Assembly (NCBI GenBank): GCA_043800255.1 | Contig: JAZDNF010000001.1 | Span: 226,438-290,437 of the forward strand | Reading direction: 5' to 3' | DNA length: 64,000 nucleotides | Origin: Candidatus Altiarchaeota archaeon | Lineage (GTDB): Archaea > Altiarchaeota > Altiarchaeia > IMC4 > SCGC-AAA252-I15 | Shown: positions 57,904 to 64,000 of the stretch, piece after piece | Layout of the letters: every line of letters begins with the position of its first letter | How positions within the stretch are numbered: the first letter of the stretch is position 1 | Made by a program: the position numbers and the translations under genes | Notes under the pieces: generated by a model | The model's input: only the letters and a program-made list of their open reading frames with translations | Database searches by the model: none | Told to the model about the DNA's origin: nothing

Positions 57904-58143
57904 GTGATTTTTGTGGTTAACATGACGTTCAGCGTTCCGGTGGAACTTCACAGGCTGATGAAGAAGCATTCTGACATAAAGTGGAGCGAGGTCGCGCGGC
58001 ATGCGATATGGACGAGGGCAAGGGATTTGGAGTTGCTGGATAAGCTCACAGCGAAAAGCGCCATGACCTTGGAGGACGTGGAGGAGTTGGACAGGATAGT
58101 GAAAAAGGGCGTTTGGGATAAATTGTCTAAAAGCGTAAAGTGA
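57904..58143 (+). CDS. RHH-type antitoxin (VapB-like)
   Basis: NMTFSVP.EL...[14 protein letters not shown]. Coupled to the PIN gene. Confidence 0.85.
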   Translation: MIFVVNMTFSVPVELHRLMKKHSDIKWSEVARHAIWTRARDLELLDKLTAKSAMTLEDVEELDRIVKKGVWDKLSKSVK

Positions 58144-58565
58144 AAGAAAAACCGAGCAGGCTTGTGCTCGACGCCAACGTTTTCTTCTCAGCGTTAGTCA
58201 AAGATTCATTCACGAGGAAGCTGATCCTCGAGCTTCCACTCTACTTCTACACGCCGGACGTCTTGATTGCGGAAATAACAGCCAACCTTGATATCATATC
58301 CCAGAAAAACAAGTTAACGTCGGCGGAAAACAGGCAGATACTGCATAAGCTGATGGAGTATGTTACACTGGTCGAATACGGCCAATATGAATCTTGGCTG
58401 AAAAAAGCGCACAGAATAATGAAGGATGTCGACCCGGCTGACACACCCTATCTAGCGCTTGCGATGTCATTCCAGAACGATGGCATATGGTCAGACGACA
58501 AGCACTTCCAAAAACAAGAAACAGTGAAAGTCTGGAAGACAAAAGACATAATAGAACTCATATAA
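58140..58565 (+). CDS. PIN domain toxin (VapC-like)
   Basis: [23 protein letters not shown] and IWSDDKHF motifs. Confidence 0.9.
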   Translation: MKEKPSRLVLDANVFFSALVKDSFTRKLILELPLYFYTPDVLIAEITANLDIISQKNKLTSAENRQILHKLMEYVTLVEYGQYESWLKKAHRIMKDVDPADTPYLALAMSFQNDGIWSDDKHFQKQETVKVWKTKDIIELI

Positions 58566-58603
58566 ACTGGAACCTGGTTGCCCGCTTTCTGTAGCGTTCT
58601 TTT

Positions 58604-60493
58604 TTATGCGACTCCTTTGGCGTAGTTTCCGGTGGTATAATCACGCGGTTTTTTGATTTGTTCGCCTGATAGTATGCGTTTGTAGGTTGAGATTGTTTGG
58701 CTTATGTTGGTGTCGAGGTCGAGGAGGAATTCTGTGATGCCTGACTTTTTCAGCTTTAGGATTCCGTCGTACAGTCCGAGGGGGACGCTGTTCAGGATCT
58801 GTTTGTAGTCGAGTTCGCAGCGCACTGGGAACACATAACCTAATCCGTCCCGCAGTTGGGATGCTTTGAGGGCGTAGCGTGTGGTCATCAGGGGCAGTCT
58901 GCCGTGCGCGTACACTGCGAAGCGTTTGTCTGAGAACTCTGACAGTTCCTTGAGGGAGAGTTCGGGCGAAACGATTGGGACAATGCCGGAGCGGTTGTAG
59001 TGTGAGACGTCTATGTCGTTGAAAACGTTGGCTGATGTGTCAGCGTAGACTTCAGCGTCCGGGAACTGTGTTGCAACTCCCGGGTCGCCGCACAATATCG
59101 ATGTTGCGCCGGCCTCCTTCACAAGTTCTATGGCTTTGGCGGCGTTCCACTCTGAGAGGCAGCGGGGAACGTAGGGGCTCACTCTGCCGCCTGGGTAATC
59201 CTTGTTGAACACGTTATAGTATGCTCTGTCTGCGCCGGCCTCCAGAGCATCCACTGCACCCTTGGGAGAGTAGGTTTTCACCAGAAGCTTCGGCTTGTGA
59301 AAACGGGCGGCCTCAGTCTTCGGCAGCGTAAAACGGCGGGTCCGGCGTTCGACCACTATCTTCTGCCGCTTTCTGGGAGCATGATGCTTTCTCCTCATGG
59401 CTCCTGAAGTCAGAACAATGGTGTCGCCTTCTTTCGCGTTCAAAGCCAGTTCCACAGTCTGGCCCTTCAATCCGGCCTTACAGTCCGCTCCTCCTCTTCT
59501 GATCCTGCGTATGATGTCACCGTGTACGCCGCCGGCATTGTGGATTCCTACGCCGTCTCCAATGCGCACTTCAGCCTCGAGCTTTATCGAGTTGCCGGGG
59601 CCTAACGTCCCCAATAAGACGCCGCGTTTGCCAGCCTCCTGCGGCGAGACGACGTCATACTCTTTGAAGGCTGCGCCGACTGTGTACTCCCTGTTGAATG
59701 CTATTCTCATGTCGTCATAGGCTTGCCAGTCGACAATCTTGTCGTCTATCATCCTGCGGTACAATGCTGTTGCAGCGCCGACATACTCCGGGCTCCTCAG
59801 CCTGCCTTCTATCTTCAGCCCTGACACGCCTGCCTCCAGAAGCTGGGGGATTTTTTCAACAACACATAAGTCTTTTGTGGATAGAAGGTAACTGCCGTTG
59901 TATTTTTTCCTGCATTGTTGGGCGCATAATCCGCGGTTTCCGCTGCGGCCTCCGAGGAAGCTTGACATCAGGCATTGGCCGCTCACGCTGTAGCATAGCG
60001 CTCCCTGGACGAATATTTCGACGTCAACTCCCGTCTTCTTTCTGAAATCCTTTATCTGGTTGAGGGTGAACTCTCTGGGCAGGATCACCCTGTCCACATC
60101 TGGGAACAATTTCATGTGGTAGGAGTTTGAGACGCACGCCTGGGTTGAAGCATGCACTTTAAGTTCTGGGTAGGACTCTTTTATCAGCCTTGCGAGCGGG
60201 AGCTCCTGTATTATGAGCGCGTCAACTCCTCCGGAGTAGGCGGCTTCGACCATCCTGAAGTAGGCTGGGAGTTCCTTGTTCTTCACCAAAGTATTGGCTG
60301 TCAAATAGGCGCGGACGCCTCGCTCATGGCAGTATGATACGACCTCAGCCAGTTCATTGTCTCTGAAATTCTCAGCTCTTGCTCGCGCATTAAAACCTTG
60401 CAGGCCGAAATACACAGCATCAGCCCCCTCCGACACCGCAGCCTTCAGGCAATCCCACGAACCAGCCGGAGACAAAACCTCAACCGAAACCAT
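58604..60493 (-). CDS. peptidase U32 family protein (RlhA/TrhP-like RNA hydroxylation family)
   Basis: GADAVY.G, HASTQ, E.FVQGALC...SGQC..S......SGNRG.CAQ.CR and KIEGR motifs. Confidence 0.9.
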   Translation of the reverse strand: MVSVEVLSPAGSWDCLKAAVSEGADAVYFGLQGFNARARAENFRDNELAEVVSYCHERGVRAYLTANTLVKNKELPAYFRMVEAAYSGGVDALIIQELPLARLIKESYPELKVHASTQACVSNSYHMKLFPDVDRVILPREFTLNQIKDFRKKTGVDVEIFVQGALCYSVSGQCLMSSFLGGRSGNRGLCAQQCRKKYNGSYLLSTKDLCVVEKIPQLLEAGVSGLKIEGRLRSPEYVGAATALYRRMIDDKIVDWQAYDDMRIAFNREYTVGAAFKEYDVVSPQEAGKRGVLLGTLGPGNSIKLEAEVRIGDGVGIHNAGGVHGDIIRRIRRGGADCKAGLKGQTVELALNAKEGDTIVLTSGAMRRKHHAPRKRQKIVVERRTRRFTLPKTEAARFHKPKLLVKTYSPKGAVDALEAGADRAYYNVFNKDYPGGRVSPYVPRCLSEWNAAKAIELVKEAGATSILCGDPGVATQFPDAEVYADTSANVFNDIDVSHYNRSGIVPIVSPELSLKELSEFSDKRFAVYAHGRLPLMTTRYALKASQLRDGLGYVFPVRCELDYKQILNSVPLGLYDGILKLKKSGITEFLLDLDTNISQTISTYKRILSGEQIKKPRDYTTGNYAKGVA

Positions 60494-60631
60494 GTAAATA
60501 CAATAAAAGCCGACAAAATAAAAAAAGCACGGGGACCCAAGGCTGTCCTCTTTGATTTGGACGACACTTTGAGGGTATTTATATGTTAGTTATACTTATG
60601 TATAATCATTGTATAATTTGAGGTGATATTC

Positions 60632-60841
60632 ATGGCGTTTGAGGTTGTTGTGCGCAGGTGGGGGAACTCTTTTGGTGTTGTGTTTCCAAAGGATCTGGTG
60701 GTGGAGAAGAACTTCCATACCAATGAGAGGGTGTTGGTGGAGGTTGTGAAAGAGGCTGAGTTGGGGAAGGTGTTCGGGACTTTGAAGGCGAAAACCGGGG
60801 GGCAGGGGTTCAAGGACATGGTGAGAGGCGGATGGAAATAG
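60632..60841 (+). CDS. AbrB/MazE-type antitoxin
   Basis: RRWGNSFGVVFPK and a GAGGTGA RBS. Confidence 0.88.
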   Translation: MAFEVVVRRWGNSFGVVFPKDLVVEKNFHTNERVLVEVVKEAELGKVFGTLKAKTGGQGFKDMVRGGWK

Positions 60842-61206
60842 AGTCCTTTTTCTTCGACACTTACGCGCTGTATGAGATAGCGGCAGGAAACCGGGCGTAT
60901 GAGGTTTATGCGTCCGGCGTGGCGGCGGTCACAACCCGGCTGAACCTTATGGAATTGTATTATGGCCTGCTGGCGGCGCACGGAAAAAAGGCGGCTGAGA
61001 GGTATTATGACGCCTTTATTGGATATGCTGTTGACATAGGCGACGACACCATTAAGAGGGCGATGGAGTTCAAGCTGGCGAACAAGAGCAGAAACCTGTC
61101 CTATGTGGACTGCATAGGTTACACCCTAGCCCGGCAGAGAAACATCAGGTTCCTGACAGGCGACAGGGAATTCAAAGACATGCCCGGAGTCGAGCACGTG
61201 AAATGA
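60832..61206 (+). CDS. vapC: PIN domain toxin (VapC)
   Basis: FFDTYA, NLMELYY, LSYVDCIGY and LTGDREF motifs. Confidence 0.9.
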   Translation: MEIESFFFDTYALYEIAAGNRAYEVYASGVAAVTTRLNLMELYYGLLAAHGKKAAERYYDAFIGYAVDIGDDTIKRAMEFKLANKSRNLSYVDCIGYTLARQRNIRFLTGDREFKDMPGVEHVK

Positions 61207-61467
61207 GGACTAAAGCCGGCCTCTTCGACCTCGACAGTGTCCGCGCATAAGATAAACCAAAAAGTGATAAAAACAGTGAGCCCAGTGGAGAACAGAAATT
61301 ACCCGGTTTGGTCATTATATACTCAATGGGGGAAGGAGCGTAAAAGTTATTTATCTAGATTATTTTTGTTATATATACACTTGGTGGTCGCAAAATGCAA
61401 GAGAAAAGTCTTAAGGCATTAAGTGGGACTATTGGGAAAAAATCCGCCAGGTTGGGTCTAGATTTGG

Positions 61468-61578
61468 GTGAGAAATCGCATGGGCTCGGTTTTAGGGGTT
61501 GTATTATGCGAAAATAGCGGGGCTGGATTAGTACTCATACACTTTAGGGCTCATATTTTGAAGCTTTCGGGGGGAGCG
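61468..61578 (+). repeat. ~110-bp direct repeat, copy 1
   Basis: 40-bp core GGCTCGGTTTTAGGGGTTGTATTATGCGAAAATAGCGGGG (61483..61522) is identical to 63245..63284, and the flanks are similar. Confidence 0.9.
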
Positions 61579-61662
61579 TTGAACAAGCATGCTTTTCCCC
61601 CTTTTTTTCATATATGCCACATTTTTTAACCCAAGCTTAACAGTGTTTAATGGTGGTTGGAT

Positions 61663-62265
61663 ATGCGGATTATTTTAGCTCTAGTTATTTTATTTCTTCT
61701 ATCCCCTGCTGTAGAAGGTCAACAAGGATGCTGCTCCAGCCATGGAGGTGTTTGCGGTTGTAAGTGCTGTGATGGTACGAGTATTTCAGCCACGTGTATG
61801 AAATATTTTCCTTCATGCAGTTCAAAAACGACTCCAACAACAAGTGTTAGCTCTTATAGAACTGTTACAAGCGTTCCAAGAGCTCCTCAAACAACCTCAC
61901 CAATGCTTACAGATACTATAGCTGTTATTGCAAATACAATAGATTATAGTCTCAATAGCCAGTTGCTCAATAGCCTATCCAAATCCCAGTATATTATTCT
62001 CTCATCATCTGAGAAGTGGGACTATTACTTGAAACGGAATAATATTATCCTCTTGGGTGGGCATCGTGCTCCGGGGGGAGTCGGTGATATAGTTTCTGAA
62101 CTCTTAACCTCCGAGGATAAACAAAGACTACTATCCTCTCCTACATCTAATCTTATTCTAGAAAAGAAGAATCGTTGGAACCCTGACAAAAAAATAATTA
62201 TTATAGCAGGCTATGAGAAGGAGCAAACTGGGCTGGCTTTAAGAGAATATTTCACCCAAAAATAA
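61663..62265 (+). CDS. secreted protein with Cys-rich N-domain and S-layer-C-terminal-like domain
   Basis: Signal peptide, GCCSSHGGVCGCKCCDG, T/S linker and NIILLGG..A...IIIIAG. AT-rich. Confidence 0.7.
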   Translation: MRIILALVILFLLSPAVEGQQGCCSSHGGVCGCKCCDGTSISATCMKYFPSCSSKTTPTTSVSSYRTVTSVPRAPQTTSPMLTDTIAVIANTIDYSLNSQLLNSLSKSQYIILSSSEKWDYYLKRNNIILLGGHRAPGGVGDIVSELLTSEDKQRLLSSPTSNLILEKKNRWNPDKKIIIIAGYEKEQTGLALREYFTQK

Positions 62266-62291
62266 CTGAAGATTTTTAACCCCTAGATTCC

Positions 62292-63119
62292 TTACTCAGA
62301 TTGCTGTCCTAGTAGATAACCCAGACAAACTCCGAATAGTTCGACTGAGCCACTTTTGTCCATGGAAAAAAAATAACCCTTTTCCCTCCCGTCCTTGTAA
62401 ACTTCAATTCCATTATTGTAGCAATTGTAAGACAATATCTTATTCAGCGGTATGCTTACTGGTTTGCTCCCCGGCCCAGGATGCAATAGAAGCCTCTGAT
62501 TTGTCACAATAAGCGCTCCACTTGATGTTTCAACCAATTTAGTCTCTCGTCTTACATGTCCTCGATGAGAGCCTACCCTATAACGAACTCCCTTCGCAAT
62601 CGGAAAACTTATACCATGTGAGCCTCCCTCATAACCCAGACTTACGGACCGCATTTCCTTGAGTATAGCACTACCTGCATAGTGTACAACTTCCCCCTTT
62701 TTCAGGATTACTGGCGACGCACCTAGTATGCTCAGCTTATCTAAAGTTGGTAATTTTCCTTCCTCACGAATACCATAGACATAAATGTGAGGCCTAAGGC
62801 ACTCATCTAACCTAACCTCATTATTCGTGAGATTAAATGATTCTTGTATCTTCTGTAAAGTTTCTATCTCAGCCTTATCAAATTCACTATCCTCCTCAAA
62901 ATGGTTGAATAGTCTAAAATACAATTTGATTAGATATTTCTTCTCCTGTTTTTTTAGAATTTCTAATTGTTGTTCAGTAACATTCTTTTTAGCAAATATT
63001 TCTTCCTCTGCGTTAGATAACTTAGACTGGTAAATGCTTTTACAACCGTCACATAATTTCCCGCCAGTTAAACTAGAGAAAAATGAAAGTTTTTCTCCGC
63101 AATCGTTACAATTAGCCAT
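62292..63119 (-). CDS. hypothetical protein with N-terminal zinc ribbon and PH-like C-terminal domain
   Basis: CNDCG...LCDGC, GG..G.S..I.KGV.YRVG and G.L.VTNQRL.(F/L) motifs. Confidence 0.7.
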   Translation of the reverse strand: MANCNDCGEKLSFFSSLTGGKLCDGCKSIYQSKLSNAEEEIFAKKNVTEQQLEILKKQEKKYLIKLYFRLFNHFEEDSEFDKAEIETLQKIQESFNLTNNEVRLDECLRPHIYVYGIREEGKLPTLDKLSILGASPVILKKGEVVHYAGSAILKEMRSVSLGYEGGSHGISFPIAKGVRYRVGSHRGHVRRETKLVETSSGALIVTNQRLLLHPGPGSKPVSIPLNKILSYNCYNNGIEVYKDGREKGYFFSMDKSGSVELFGVCLGYLLGQQSE

Positions 63120-63229
63120 TTTATAACCCAACCACCACTGTTTCAACTATTAGACCAGCATTAAAAAAAGGTTACATTTATAAGCCCTCATTTAACAGTG
63201 TTTAATGCGGGGTTTGTGTCTATTTTTGT

Positions 63230-63339
63230 GTGAAAAATCACATAGGCTCGGTTTTAGGGGTTGTATTATGCGAAAATAGCGGGGATAGCTTGGTACTCCT
63301 GCACTTTAGGGCTCGTATTCAGACGCTTTTGGGGGAGCG
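63230..63339 (+). repeat. ~110-bp direct repeat, copy 2
   Basis: Matches 61468..61578. Confidence 0.9.
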
Positions 63340-63385
63340 GAGAATACAGTGTTCGATTTAGCAGCAGAACTGGAGACTGCGATTG

Positions 63386-63709
63386 CTATCTCCGTATACC
63401 TCCTACCCTCTCTCTTGACAGTCTCCAGAGGATGTTAAATCTCCCCCTGTTGAAGCTTTCCCTTTTCTTTTGCAGCGCCTGTGGAGTCATTGTCCACCCT
63501 AGATGTGCTTCGCCCCGGTCCGTTATTCTGTAGACGAAGCCTTTGCCTATTCTCCCACGGGCTAGCAGGCCTTGCTCATAGTATCTCTGCAGGGCTGTTG
63601 AAGCGGCAGTCAGGCTCATGTTCAATCCGCTGGCCACATCATGAGAGAACACGACCTCCCTATCTTTGACCAGCCTTAGGATTTCCTCCTTACGATATGA
63701 ATATATCAT
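63386..63709 (-). CDS. winged-helix DNA-binding protein
   Basis: IL.LV...DVAS.L.MS..AAS..L.RY..QGLL.R...Y.IT.RG. Confidence 0.75.
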   Translation of the reverse strand: MIYSYRKEEILRLVKDREVVFSHDVASGLNMSLTAASTALQRYYEQGLLARGRIGKGFVYRITDRGEAHLGWTMTPQALQKKRESFNRGRFNILWRLSRERVGGIRR

Positions 63710-64000
63710 TTCACATGTTATGGTCGTTCACACTTATACGGTGAACCAACTGTAATCTATCCTAAACATTTTCATATAAAAACATGTTACAGTTTGCGGC
63801 GGATTTTTCGTGTTAGAACAGTAATCCAGTGTCCTAATCTTTTTTCTCTAATCCGCTCCCGGGGCTAATTTTTGTTTCTTTGATGTTTTATCTTACTTGT
63901 CCTCACTTGCACAAATCACATTTATACACGGGACTTCTAATTGCTAAACCGGTGGTTTGGGTGAGGGGCGAGCCGAGCCCCGAACCGTATATCCCTTGTT

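Noticed and set aside
63954-63986. GC-rich hairpin GGGGC-gagccga-GCCCC near the window edge as an IS end or replication origin
   Set aside because: Context is cut off by the window, and the similarity to 56584..56615 is too short to call.

Overview
This is a 64-kb window of archaeal chromosome. The evidence is a tRNA with a bulge-helix-bulge intron, AglH-type and PUA/NIP7-type genes, FtsZ2-PRC barrel-SepF, and TATA boxes just upstream of near-leaderless starts. The overall look suggests an uncultured DPANN/Altiarchaeota-like organism, but that is inference. From left to right it holds: orphan proteins including a candidate clan-CD protease; a DUF134-NifX pair with a decayed methyltransferase; large secreted, sequon-rich surface proteins (PQQ-like propellers, FG-GAP, BNR, DOMON-like); rRNA m5C and archaetidylserine/ethanolamine lipid genes; a cell-division operon; a ~24-kb surface-glycan locus containing an AT-rich replacement cassette; a flavodiiron operon; tRNA-Gly(GCC) with a 113-nt structured intron; an arsenic-resistance operon; three toxin-antitoxin modules; a U32 protein; and an AT-rich right end with ~110-bp direct repeats. 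The strongest unexplained signal is that five secreted proteins of four unrelated architectures all end in the same terminal motif, GWNL(I/V)S(I/M)PL, with no transmembrane helix. This is a candidate C-terminal sorting or docking system distinct from archaeosortase signals. All product calls come from motif recognition by eye, and no searches were run.
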